Shown here one piece after another: positions 38,824-48,686 of a stretch of DNA of 64,000 nt; the first letter of the stretch is position 1, and each line of letters opens with the position of its first letter. The DNA is from a virus. Taxonomy: Duplodnaviria > Caudoviricetes. The notes under the pieces were generated by a model. That model saw only the letters and a list, made by a program, of their open reading frames with translations, had not been told where the DNA came from and ran no database searches. A program made the translations under genes and the position numbers. Location: positions 1,662 to 65,661 of IMG/VR virus record IMGVR_UViG_2576861533_000004; one strand, given 5' to 3'.

Positions 38824-41800
38824 TTAGAAAACGAGTTTACCTGTCGGTTGTGGTAACCGGCTATTATCTTCTTTCGGGATAGGTTGGGCTCCGGTTCCTA
38901 CCGTAAAGTACTCTACACCTCCGGATTTATCATCTACAACCGCCTTCCCGTCCTTATCGACTTGAAAAGGTTTCCCGGTTATACTGTCATATTTGTGAGG
39001 ATTGAATACATAACCTTTCCAAGAACAATACATTATAAATTTCTTCTTAAATGCGGTTGGTGATACAAACTTTCGTTGCTGATTGTCGTATTGGCAAAAT
39101 GCGTCATATAAATCTTTCCGGGGTAAACGGACATTGAGATGTTCTTCTCCGGAGAAGTATTCATCAGCCCAGGAGATGAGGGTTTCACCCATTTCCTGAC
39201 GCAGCTTTCTTTGCTCTAACCTTTCGCCGGGAGCCTGGACAACGCCATAAGTCAAATACAATTGGACGCAATTGGCCAACAGGTTCCAGGTAAGATTCCA
39301 TTGTTCAAAATCCCACTCCGAGAAGAAGAGGACTCCGAAGTCGTCAACCGGCTTATGGGTATCGTTATAGAAATCGGAGAATGCAAGCAGCCACTGGCGG
39401 TCCGTGTAACTTGAACCACTGCCACGGATGGCATGGTTGGTAGCAATATACATTTTGGGTGATCGCGCAAATGGTAAAGTGATCCTTCTACCTCCTTTAT
39501 AATTTACTGACCAATCCCCGGTAATGTTGGGGAACAGAAATTCAAAGTTGAAGTTTTGTAACACGTCGTCAATAAAAACGAGTTTAGTGTTTTCCTGAAT
39601 GTCATTCCATACAAATTGATCATTAAAAAGATCAGAGCGTTTTCCGGGAATATAGGCTGTAGGAATGATATTACGCATCAATTCCCCTACAAGTGATTTC
39701 CCGGAACGGCCGTTACTTTCTCCTACTTCAGATTGCTTGCCATCCATGCCGATGACAGCTCTGGCCACATTATTGTCTTTCGCTTCCATAACCATGTATC
39801 CGATTGCACACAGTTTACTAAGGAGATGGATACGATTTTCATTCTCTTCTTCCGGCTCTATTTCTTCAGCAGATTTTCTCCAGGTAAAGTTACTGGTGTT
39901 GATCAGGAACTGGAGGTAATGGGATTTCTTACCGGCCTCTGAAAGTTCGTAAGTAAATGTGTTGTCTTGCCGGCTAAAAGTAACCAACGGTTTACCCAGA
40001 TATTTGGCCGGTGTCATTTTACGTTGCTCTTCCCAGATGTGGTGTGTGATATTCTCGTAACCGAGTTCGCTTACAGAATCTTTTGTGACCAGCCAGCAAT
40101 TTTTATCAAAATAGAAATACTGGGATTCCCGGTTGGGCTTAACGAAATTGGGCTGAATGAACTCAAGCAGGGATAACTTGTCCGGACCCACATATTGAGA
40201 CACGCCTTTAATCAACATTTCATTTACCTCAGTCTTGCAATTATGCTTGGCAAACTGAAACAGGTAGTCACGGGCATCAGAGGCATCGATAGCACGAACG
40301 ACAGGCGGTTCAAGGTGAATGAACTGATAACTCTTATCAATTCTCCGAAGACGTCCGAATCCTCTGTTTTGCAAGAAGTTTTGTGAGTTGACATAGCAGA
40401 ACTCATATTCAATACGTTCATTTTGGCTACGATCATATTTAGTGACTTCTCTCCAGAACTTTTCATCATCGTCAAAAGGTTGTGCCAAGATTACTTTTCC
40501 ATGTTCGTCGAATTTCCATCGATATCGGCCGAATAGGAACTCCGGCAGGTTACGCAGGAGGTCGGCATGACGCTCGGCAAAGACTTCATGAGAGTGGAGT
40601 CCCCATAATTCTTGCAATTTATGATCTGTCCAGGTAGTTACCTTGAACATCTCAATATATTTGCCCAAACCTTTCTTTTCATTGCATGCAAACTCGATAT
40701 CGGCGGCCAGCTCTTCTTCTTTTCCACGCAGAGAATTTGCAAGCAAATCATCAAGGCCTTTGTCTCCTGCTTCGTTCTTATTAATGTGTCCGACGAATAT
40801 TTCAACGAAGATGTTCCGGTTCTTGAGAGAACGCATATATTCTTTGAAATTTTTTGCTGCATAGAAAAAACAGCGGGGACGCTTTTCGACCTGATCATTG
40901 ATCCGGATATTGGAGCTGATATCGTCCCAGTCCGAATCAAAGATAAAAGCAACCTCCTGTACCTCACAGGTAGAGATGATCTTCACCAGGTCTTCCGGAA
41001 GGGCACCGTAAAGACCGAGATTCTGTATACCGCTGACTGCGATTGAGGGAATGCCGTGCTTACATGCTTTCTCCGCTTTCTTTTCACCTTCCTGAATATA
41101 GAGACGGGGTATCTTTGTCTTTGATTTATAGAGACTGCGTATGCGCTCCGGAATATAGATCGGAGTACCGCTGCCACGCGGGGATTTGTATTTGTAAGGT
41201 TTACCCTCTTTATCAAGGTGGGCATCCGGAAACTGCCATCTGATACGATAATATTCTTGAGGAGTACCAACGTCCCTTCTTTTATTATCTTTCCGGGTGA
41301 AGACAACCGGCATTCCTTCCAGATCATAATATTCAATGATGACATCATCTCCCTTAGTGGTTAACATTCCTCGTTCATCAATGGTACCAGGACGGAAAGT
41401 ACGTTGTTCGAATATACTTTGTGTATCTCCTGTCTTATATACCTTTGCTGTGACATCCTCAAAGGTAAGACCTGATTCAGCCAACATCCTGGCACAATAA
41501 CTGTCGACATCGATACCTTTGGCAGCCTTGCTGCTTTTTTTCATCTTTTTTGCCGGCTGTTTCTTGATGGCCGGACGTTGATCGAGAATGACATTGAATT
41601 TTTTGGCAAGGTATTCAAGAGCATCATTGAAAGTCATTCCTTCAGCGGACATTAAGAAAGAAACCGAATCTCCACCTTTCAATTCATTGCATCCAAAGCA
41701 TTTAAAGATTTGTTTGGCCGGACTAATTGAGAGTTTCTTTGCGGCTTTGCACCGGGGACAATCGCAATTGTAATTCACTCCGGAGCGTTTGAGTTCATGG

Positions 41801-41877
41801 AAGTCTTGTGCAACATCAAGCAAATGTCCTGTGGCAGCATCTTTGATACGTCTTATCTCATCATCATTAAAATACAT
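38824..41877 (-). CDS. Primase-helicase (CHC2 zinc finger, Toprim, P-loop NTPase)
   Basis: CPRC..CFGC; EGEKKA; FDSD; GRSGKS Walker A; VFIDD Walker B. Confidence 0.88.
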   Translation of the reverse strand: MYFNDDEIRRIKDAATGHLLDVAQDFHELKRSGVNYNCDCPRCKAAKKLSISPAKQIFKCFGCNELKGGDSVSFLMSAEGMTFNDALEYLAKKFNVILDQRPAIKKQPAKKMKKSSKAAKGIDVDSYCARMLAESGLTFEDVTAKVYKTGDTQSIFEQRTFRPGTIDERGMLTTKGDDVIIEYYDLEGMPVVFTRKDNKRRDVGTPQEYYRIRWQFPDAHLDKEGKPYKYKSPRGSGTPIYIPERIRSLYKSKTKIPRLYIQEGEKKAEKACKHGIPSIAVSGIQNLGLYGALPEDLVKIISTCEVQEVAFIFDSDWDDISSNIRINDQVEKRPRCFFYAAKNFKEYMRSLKNRNIFVEIFVGHINKNEAGDKGLDDLLANSLRGKEEELAADIEFACNEKKGLGKYIEMFKVTTWTDHKLQELWGLHSHEVFAERHADLLRNLPEFLFGRYRWKFDEHGKVILAQPFDDDEKFWREVTKYDRSQNERIEYEFCYVNSQNFLQNRGFGRLRRIDKSYQFIHLEPPVVRAIDASDARDYLFQFAKHNCKTEVNEMLIKGVSQYVGPDKLSLLEFIQPNFVKPNRESQYFYFDKNCWLVTKDSVSELGYENITHHIWEEQRKMTPAKYLGKPLVTFSRQDNTFTYELSEAGKKSHYLQFLINTSNFTWRKSAEEIEPEEENENRIHLLSKLCAIGYMVMEAKDNNVARAVIGMDGKQSEVGESNGRSGKSLVGELMRNIIPTAYIPGKRSDLFNDQFVWNDIQENTKLVFIDDVLQNFNFEFLFPNITGDWSVNYKGGRRITLPFARSPKMYIATNHAIRGSGSSYTDRQWLLAFSDFYNDTHKPVDDFGVLFFSEWDFEQWNLTWNLLANCVQLYLTYGVVQAPGERLEQRKLRQEMGETLISWADEYFSGEEHLNVRLPRKDLYDAFCQYDNQQRKFVSPTAFKKKFIMYCSWKGYVFNPHKYDSITGKPFQVDKDGKAVVDDKSGGVEYFTVGTGAQPIPKEDNSRLPQPTGKLVF

Positions 41878-41964
41878 AGTTCAAGGGATTAGTTACATGA
41901 TCAGTTCTGTTTCATTGATTCGGGGTCAAATGAAACCATTTACAATGGATTGGCAGAGGACTGT

Positions 41965-42189
41965 TTATGGGAGATCGTACTCTTCAGTAACGGATTCGTT
42001 TATCACGCTCTGCAGAAGCTCCGGATCTTTATAGAGGAAGAGGACTTTAACCATACCGTCCTTTACAACTCCCATTTCCATCTCAATTTCTAAATTGTTT
42101 TCGTGGACCTTATCTACGATCCGGTCTACGACTTGTTTGTCTAATTCAATTATATCTTTAAACATAGTTTTTCCTTCCTTCTTATACAA
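41965..42189 (-). CDS. Small hypothetical protein
   Basis: ORF in the early operon. Confidence 0.55.
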   Translation of the reverse strand: MYKKEGKTMFKDIIELDKQVVDRIVDKVHENNLEIEMEMGVVKDGMVKVLFLYKDPELLQSVINESVTEEYDLP

Positions 42190-42198
42190 TTTTGAATA

Positions 42199-42417
42199 TT
42201 AATCTTCTTCAACGAAAGTGTTAGTCGTGTTTATCACACCAGCAGAATCAACACTCTTTCCATCGCGGATAAACACTTTCTCACGAATTAGCTCTTCATA
42301 GTCATACTGTGACATTCCGATGACACACACACGACCATCAATATACAATTTACATTTCATCAATTCAGTTCCTTCAACTGGACCGATGACATCTATTTGC
42401 ATTGTTCTTTTATTCAT
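42199..42417 (-). CDS. Small hypothetical protein
   Basis: 72-aa ORF in the early operon. Confidence 0.6.
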   Translation of the reverse strand: MNKRTMQIDVIGPVEGTELMKCKLYIDGRVCVIGMSQYDYEELIREKVFIRDGKSVDSAGVINTTNTFVEED

Positions 42418-42429
42418 ATCTATTCTGTT

Positions 42430-42678
42430 TTACTTCAATTTACGCATCAATAAAACATCACAATATGTATCAGCATCTATTTTTTTTGAACATATCGTTT
42501 TGATTTCAAAGCCAGCTTCAAAAATTTCCGTAAGCAGATTATCAGCTAAAAAAGAACCTCTTATTGCAATGTACTCCCCAGGCAGTGTTAAACCTGATAT
42601 TTCTTCCTGTACCCAATATCTAACCCACGTATGTGCACCATAATTAGCAATATTGAAAATAATTTTTTCTATATCCAT
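42430..42678 (-). CDS. Small hypothetical protein
   Basis: Likely start MDIEKII at 42678. Confidence 0.55.
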   Translation of the reverse strand: MDIEKIIFNIANYGAHTWVRYWVQEEISGLTLPGEYIAIRGSFLADNLLTEIFEAGFEIKTICSKKIDADTYCDVLLMRKLK

Positions 42679-42689
42679 ATTTGTATAGT

Positions 42690-42932
42690 TTAGAGGTATT
42701 TCTTTAGTTCTTCTCGATCTATAAAAAAGGCACATGCCATATACTTGCCTGGTAAACCCATTGTCTGGGCGAATGCATCATCTCCGCAAACTTTTTCAGT
42801 CCCAAAGCCAACGATTGAGCCGCGCGGATCATCTTTAACATCGACTATCGTAGTGGTCATTATCAAACCTTTATTGTCATCTGCTGCCATTCTCTTAATA
42901 GCATCCAGAATTTTATTACCATCACTATTCAT
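42690..42932 (-). CDS. Small hypothetical protein
   Basis: Likely start MNSDGNK at 42932. Confidence 0.55.
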   Translation of the reverse strand: MNSDGNKILDAIKRMAADDNKGLIMTTTIVDVKDDPRGSIVGFGTEKVCGDDAFAQTMGLPGKYMACAFFIDREELKKYL

Positions 42933-43217
42933 TTCTTTATAGTTATGAATTAGTGTAAACACCTTCATCATAATTCTCAATCCGTGACTGGCATTCACTT
43001 ATTACTTCCTTTAAAATATCCGCACACTCTTCATTTGAGTAACCTTGCAGCAGTTCATCAATATGCTGCATGATGTCATTTGTTTCCATACGCTTTCTTT
43101 GCCATTTTATTGATTAACTTTATTGTTTTATCACTCAACTTGCCATTAGCCGTTGTAACGTGCTGGATGGACTTATGTAATTGGATTCTGCTCATATCCT
43201 TATATGTTTTGGATTAA

Positions 43218-43901
43218 TTATCTGTATACATTCATTGTATAGTCATCAGGATCGTCTATAGATTTTTCTCTATGCAGGTATAGCCTCTTTCGTGCCACGT
43301 ATGAACGGGAAATAGTTTTTAAATAGTACTCCAGCATAGGAATCATTCTTTTTTTATTGATAATATCATCCAACGCCAATTCGGAAACAGCGTACCAAGC
43401 CATATCCAAAGAATACTCATCAGATAGAAGGAATCTTTTTTTGATATAATTGATTACTAATCCTTTCATGCTTTGGATCTTGGCGGCTATCGGTGCAAAG
43501 TCACCAGACTTATAACATGACAACACTAATTCTATGAACTCAATAGACTTTTTGTATTCCTGTAACACATCCACACGGGGGGAAGAACTTCGAAGAGCAT
43601 TGATAACTTCTTTATTAAGCCTTTCTCTGGAAATCAGTTCCGGTTCTCCGGCTTCATTCATTCGGATAACGGCTTTTGAGGGTATATCACGTATATTTAT
43701 CCCATGTATAGCGCAATATAGGACCCGGGGAAGTGTCGTTCTAATATGCAAACCTGTCTCCGTTCTCATTTGAACGGTATTTCTTTTTGTAGAGAGACAT
43801 TGTATCTTTCCTCTACAAGTGCTTATAACAGCCCCGTTGTTTCTATTTATCTTATATCTGGAAAGGCCCGGTATGGCTAACCATTCGTCATTTTTATCCA
43901 T
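43218..43901 (-). CDS. Phage protein with a NUMOD4-like N-terminus
   Basis: EWLAIPGLSRYKIN start; helical C-terminal half. Confidence 0.55.
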   Translation of the reverse strand: MDKNDEWLAIPGLSRYKINRNNGAVISTCRGKIQCLSTKRNTVQMRTETGLHIRTTLPRVLYCAIHGINIRDIPSKAVIRMNEAGEPELISRERLNKEVINALRSSSPRVDVLQEYKKSIEFIELVLSCYKSGDFAPIAAKIQSMKGLVINYIKKRFLLSDEYSLDMAWYAVSELALDDIINKKRMIPMLEYYLKTISRSYVARKRLYLHREKSIDDPDDYTMNVYR

Positions 43902-43938
43902 GTTTATTTAGTTGTACGTTGATATTCTGTCTTCTATA

Positions 43939-44202
43939 TTATCTCCTTCCTCCTCGAGCTGGAGCATTGTAGGTAATTTGATATTTTTTTCGCAGCATTT
44001 CTATGTACTCAGGAGTTACATTTTGCGGAGCAACAAGTACATGTGTGCGGTTATCAAGGCGAACCATGACCTTATGCTGCTCTTTTTGTGCAGATTGCAT
44101 GCGCATTTGTGCGATAACTTCCGGATTCTCGTTTGTAAATAGATTAGCTTTCTGTCTCTTTGTTCGACTTGGAGACGGGCTTGGTGAATGTACTGTTTTC
44201 AT
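43939..44202 (-). CDS. Small basic hypothetical protein
   Basis: 87-aa ORF directly after the tRNA-like element. Confidence 0.55.
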   Translation of the reverse strand: MKTVHSPSPSPSRTKRQKANLFTNENPEVIAQMRMQSAQKEQHKVMVRLDNRTHVLVAPQNVTPEYIEMLRKKYQITYNAPARGGRR

Positions 44203-44216
44203 AATGATAAAAATTA

Positions 44217-44286
44217 GTGTGGGCTTCCGGGAATCGAACCCGGCTTCAATGATTTTACATTGATATGCCTCCTTACATCAGGCCCA
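44217..44286 (-). ncRNA. tRNA-like element (non-canonical)
   Basis: Acceptor stem TGGGCCT/AAGCCCA; T-arm CCGGG-TTCGATT-CCCGG; anticodon-arm-like TCAATG-TAAAAT-CATTGA. Confidence 0.55.
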
Positions 44287-44623
44287 TTTTGCCGGGATTC
44301 ACATCCCGGCTCTTTTGTGTAACAAATCCCTAACCAGGGGCTTTAACCCTACGTGTGTCCTTTCACACGGCATTAAAAATGAATAAATCAATTAAACTTC
44401 TATGCTTGAGAAAATAAAGTATAACATATAACCGGATTCGCACCGGGCACATTCCTTATATGTGCTTTTAGTTAATAATATATGGTTGATATATAGAAGT
44501 TTTTCATCGTTTCTTAATAGGATAAAGCCCTTGCTCCGATTTGAGTTCCTAATTTATAGGCTTCTTGGGCAGATAAGATTTTTGTTTCCATATGTTGATT
44601 ATATTTAGAGTGATGTTTAAGGG

Positions 44624-44848
44624 CTAACGATCAAAAATCTTAGTATTTATAACCTCTTCTATTTTATCTTTTGCAAGCTCTGGCACTTTTACAAGCCCGC
44701 TTCTCCAGTTATTGAAAGTATACAGAGGTACCTTGCATTCATCTGCCAATTTCTTGGCCATATTTGATGATTGACAAACAGGTAGGCTTCGGAGGTAAGT
44801 ACGGATCGCCATAGCATCTTTCTTTTTTTTGCTTACTTTTTCTTCCAT
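44624..44848 (-). CDS. Cro-like HTH protein
   Basis: LADECKVPLYTFNNWRSG HTH; divergent from the repressor. Confidence 0.75.
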   Translation of the reverse strand: MEEKVSKKKKDAMAIRTYLRSLPVCQSSNMAKKLADECKVPLYTFNNWRSGLVKVPELAKDKIEEVINTKIFDR

Positions 44849-44889
44849 ATTTATATAAATATTAAATTATTATCATTAGATTTATGATG

Positions 44890-44932
44890 CAAAGCTAAAA
44901 TAAATATTAGTAACTAACAAATATTTTAGCTT
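44890..44932 (-). promoter_or_regulatory. Early promoter with an overlapping operator-like inverted repeat
   Basis: TAGCTTTG -7 element (44890-44897); TTTG -33 element (44918-44921); AAGCTAAAATA/TATTTTAGCTT inverted repeat. Confidence 0.6.
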
Positions 44933-44975
44933 AATTATTATTGTATTTTTTAGTTTAAATGATAACTCTTTGAAT

Positions 44976-45335
44976 ATGAATTTATTAAAAATAAAGGATT
45001 TATGTGAGCGTAAGGAGGGAGGGCTAAAACGTTTAGCAGAAGATATTGGTATGTCCGAACAAAACTTACATCGTTGTATAAATCTCAATAAAATGCAGGC
45101 TGGAGATTTAGAAAAAGTAGCTATTACATTGGGTGTGTCTATTGGGTATTTTTTTGATAATATGCCTGTTGCGAATCAATCCATTGCTAATGGGAACGGT
45201 AGTGCATCTTCCATATATGGCAATGTAACAGTTGGAATGATAGCTGATAAAGATAAGGAAATAGAACATCTAAAAGCATTGCTTGAAGAAAAGGAGAGGA
45301 CTATTCAGATATTGATGGATAAAAATAAGAGATAA
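44976..45335 (+). CDS. CI-like XRE repressor without an S24 peptidase domain
   Basis: LKRLAEDIGMSEQNLHR HTH, Gly/Ser/Asn linker, C-terminal coiled coil. Confidence 0.8.
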   Translation: MNLLKIKDLCERKEGGLKRLAEDIGMSEQNLHRCINLNKMQAGDLEKVAITLGVSIGYFFDNMPVANQSIANGNGSASSIYGNVTVGMIADKDKEIEHLKALLEEKERTIQILMDKNKR

Positions 45336-45464
45336 TGAAAGATAAAGATTCGCTGGAGATTGGTGATTAAATAATTAAAATATTGAAATATGAAAAATTT
45401 AACCTTCAGTAGTCCATTTGTAGCTCAGGAGACTGTTAATTTATTGAATTGCAGTGCATTTATC

Positions 45465-45482
45465 ATTCCGCCAGGAACCTCA
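45465..45482 (+). other. Putative att site: duplicated tRNA 3' end (tRNA-Cys-like)
   Basis: TCCGCCAGGAACCTCA matches my recollection of the Bacteroides tRNA-Cys 3' end; it lies at the junction of the two elements and is followed by a hairpin and T-run. Confidence 0.55.
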
Positions 45483-45778
45483 ACTGTCACTTTAAAGCCC
45501 TTGAAAGTCAAGCACTTTCTAGGGCTTATTTTTTACGGAGACCGTTTCGGGGACCACTTGAAAATTCGAGAATATTCTCCAATATTTCTTTTGATTATTT
45601 TTAGGATTCAGTTTACAGTGGAAGCACAAATGATTTAAAGTGATTTGCCATTCAAGAATCTCGTAGTCCTTAAGTGTTCTTTCTATTATATGTGATTTAT
45701 ATGAAGAAATATAGATTGAGGGGATTGTGTACCCCCTCTTCTATGGAAGACCAGCTAAGGGACCATAACTAATGTAGT

Positions 45779-46096
45779 TTAATTTGGTGCTATAATTAAG
45801 TAACCTGCCAAATCTTCCGGTTCATCATTCTTGGGTGCTTCATTTATAATATCCCAAACTAATGTTTTACCTACAATTGATTGTATAAAGCTAGCAAGGT
45901 TATATATATCCTCTAATTCTAATTTGCAGTCTATATTCCCAATAAATAGTAATTTACACTCTTTGCTTGCTTCCAGTTTGATAGAGTTACTAATTAATTG
46001 GCGAATAACCTCAATAGACAAATCAGAGAAGTTTAGTGACAAGATTATACTTTCACTATCTCTAATAACCTTAAACTTAAAAGACTTTACTCTCAT
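45779..46096 (-). CDS. Hypothetical protein (weak FtsZ C-terminal-domain-like pattern)
   Basis: 105 aa downstream of the DnaB-like gene. Confidence 0.5.
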   Translation of the reverse strand: MRVKSFKFKVIRDSESIILSLNFSDLSIEVIRQLISNSIKLEASKECKLLFIGNIDCKLELEDIYNLASFIQSIVGKTLVWDIINEAPKNDEPEDLAGYLIIAPN

Positions 46097-46109
46097 TGTA
46101 GCTTTCTTT

Positions 46110-46964
46110 CTAATGGATTATGTTATCAGCTATGTTATCAAAACGTGCAAATTGACTGGAAAATTTTAATAAAGTATTTCCCGTCTTTCCATTACGATTT
46201 TTAGCAACTATGATTTCAGCCATACCGTGCAAATCATTTTCTTTTTCATCTTGGTATATTTTGTAATATTCGGGACGATGGATAAAGCAAATCATATCTG
46301 CATCTTGCTCAATAGTTCTGGATTCTCGTAGATCACTTAATTGAGGACGTTTTCCCTCAATGCCTTCACGTGATTCTTTACCACGATTTAACTGTGAGAA
46401 AGCTATAATAGGAATATTCAATTCCATAGCCAATGCTTTGAGCGAACGAGTAATTACGCTAACCTCTTCTTCACGATTGCTATAACTCATGCCACTTGTA
46501 TTCATCAGTTGGAGATAGTCAATGATAATTAGCTTAACTTGATGTTCTCGTACAAGGCGAGATGCCTTAGTGCGAAGTTCTTGTATAGATAACGCTGGTG
46601 TATCATCTAGAAAGATAGGTGCATCTTCTATAATTTTTTCTGCATCATCCAATAAGGCTTGTTCTTTCTCACTATACAATTCTGCATGATTTATTTCCAC
46701 GTTGCTTACATTTGATAAAAAACGATTCATGAATTGAACAGTGGACATTTCGAGGCTAAAGTAAGCAATAGGGGTTCTATTAAGGATGGCGATATTTCTC
46801 ACCAAGGATATTGCCAATGCTGTTTTTCCCATTGCTGGGCGTCCACCAATCACAATTAATTCTCCTTTTTTCCATCCGAATGTAATTTTATCCAATTCAG
46901 TGAAACCGGATTGTATGGCTCTCTCACCTACATACTCATATTTGAATATACCCAATTTTTTCAT
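46110..46964 (-). CDS. DnaB-like helicase, C-terminal domain only
   Basis: SGFTELD, GGRPAMGKT, IIDYLQL, SQLNR, IEQDAD and KNRNG motifs; N-terminal domain absent. Confidence 0.9.
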   Translation of the reverse strand: MKKLGIFKYEYVGERAIQSGFTELDKITFGWKKGELIVIGGRPAMGKTALAISLVRNIAILNRTPIAYFSLEMSTVQFMNRFLSNVSNVEINHAELYSEKEQALLDDAEKIIEDAPIFLDDTPALSIQELRTKASRLVREHQVKLIIIDYLQLMNTSGMSYSNREEEVSVITRSLKALAMELNIPIIAFSQLNRGKESREGIEGKRPQLSDLRESRTIEQDADMICFIHRPEYYKIYQDEKENDLHGMAEIIVAKNRNGKTGNTLLKFSSQFARFDNIADNIIH

Positions 46965-47138
46965 ATTCTTTTTCTTATTTAGTCTTAGTGTGAGCAAAGT
47001 AACTAAGACATATACGTCATTTTACGACGTAACTCTCGAAAAAAAGAAACCGCTACAACTTGACATTATAGCGGTTCTTGTTCGTAGTTAGTATGTAATT
47101 CTTTGATTTATATTTCATTACATGAGAACAAATGTTTT

Positions 47139-48646
47139 TTATTCCACATCATTATTCAAGAAAATATCCAATTTAGCTTCGGAAGTCTCTGCTTTTTTGA
47201 ATAATTTCTCAATAGGAGTAATTTTCTTGCTATACCATTTCCTCATTTTGGAACTAACAGTTGCATACTGTTGGAGTATAGCCAACGTCTCGCTCAAGTT
47301 TTTACCCTCCAAGCTTAAAGTAAGGTATTCAGTTGTTGCAAGATATGCATTGTAAGCATTCTTGTGTATTTTGGGCACATTATCTTTATACCCTTGTTGA
47401 CCTCTATAGTAAGTGTAAGAACATTCCACGCATTGTAAGTCGTCAGAAATCTGTTCTACCATTTTTTTCATCATAGATAAAGTATCATACTTCTGCATGA
47501 AGTCTCGACTGATTTTATCAATGTATTCACTTATCAATTTTACCGATTTATAATATTTTCCATCATTTTTTTAATCCCTCTTTCCGTGTATTCATTGCGT
47601 AGACGAATAACATCATCTAATTCTTTTTTATGCGTTTCGACCGCAGTCTCTAAAGCCGAGGATTTTCCACTACTCTCATATGCTCCTTTTCTACAATATA
47701 CTACGTCAGGACGAACAAACTCCATTTCTTTTATATTCATGGAAACTTTTGTAGGGAGAATTTCTTGCAGCTTGTTATATAAGGAATCATACTGAAGTTC
47801 TAATAGCTTTTCTTTTCTTAATTGCTCCACATCATTTCCATTTTGATCTACTATCTTCTTAGAATATACTTCGTTATCTTTATATAAAGATACCTCATAA
47901 TATTCATTTCCTGCTTCTCTCAGAACTTTTATAGATTTGGTTAAAGCACCATTATCATAACATTCTATCACATCTGTGCTTAGGTTCTCTTTTTGTGTGA
48001 TAGTTTTGCCATCTTCCGCATAAAACGAAATGATATTATCATCTAGTTTCTCAATTAATATGCCCGTTTCGCTATATCTGGTATACTGAATTGGAGTTGT
48101 TATATTTCCATAGTTTCCTGGTGTCACTTGAAGTATTCCTTTGTATTCTATTTGTCCGTTTTGAAACCAGTTTGTGTTATATTGTTTGTCATCTACTAAT
48201 TTTGCATGGCTTTTCTTTTGCCCTCTATTTTTGGCATCCGTGTAGTAGGATGTTTTCTCTATCATTTCATCTTCCTTATATATACATTCTTCCAAAAGAT
48301 AGTGCCCACTACTTCCCAAATTATAATTCTTTTCCACTCCGCTCTTTTTCCCATTTAGATAGTTTGTGGATTTAGAAATATATTTTTCGGGTGTTCCGAA
48401 ATATTCGATACATAATCCATGTAAAGCTCCATGATTGTAGTTTGCGGAGATTAGTAACATTCCATTCCTGTCGTATTCCTTATAGGAACCATGTCTTGTT
48501 CCAGTACCCGCAATTACAGTAAAAGACTCATGTAAACGGGCATTCCCCCAATCCCAATAAGTTTTTTTAGTCACAAGATTCTGCGCACTAGCTATATCAA
48601 CTGATGATATTATAATGCAAATAAAAAATAAAATTCTAAATTTCAT
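47139..48646 (-). pseudogene. Secreted MORN/YwqK-repeat protein split by a frameshift at A7
   Basis: Signal peptide; HG.YKEY..NG repeats; ORFs 47540..48646 and 47139..47537 join if the run at 47566-47572 gains one base. Confidence 0.65.
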
Positions 48647-48686
48647 ATTTTCCTTGATGTTAATTTCTTTTTTGTTGTATGCAATC

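Larger units (their letters stand above)
1..45482 (-). mobile_element. Temperate prophage (siphovirus-like, Bacteroides-type); left end lies outside the window
   Basis: Contiguous head, tail, packaging, lysis, replication and CI/Cro modules; the right end coincides with a tRNA-3'-end-like sequence. Confidence 0.93.

Noticed and set aside
44217-44286. Functional canonical tRNA
   Set aside because: The anticodon loop is not 7 nt, U8 and the D-arm consensus are missing, and the acceptor stem has a mismatch; kept only as tRNA-like.
45390-45638. 82-aa ORF after the repressor
   Set aside because: It spans the putative att junction and hairpin, so it is likely a chance or chimeric ORF.
47560-47580. 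Programmed -1 ribosomal frameshift
   Set aside because: The in-frame context T AAA AAA ATG is not a canonical X XXY YYZ heptamer, and I see no clear downstream stimulator.
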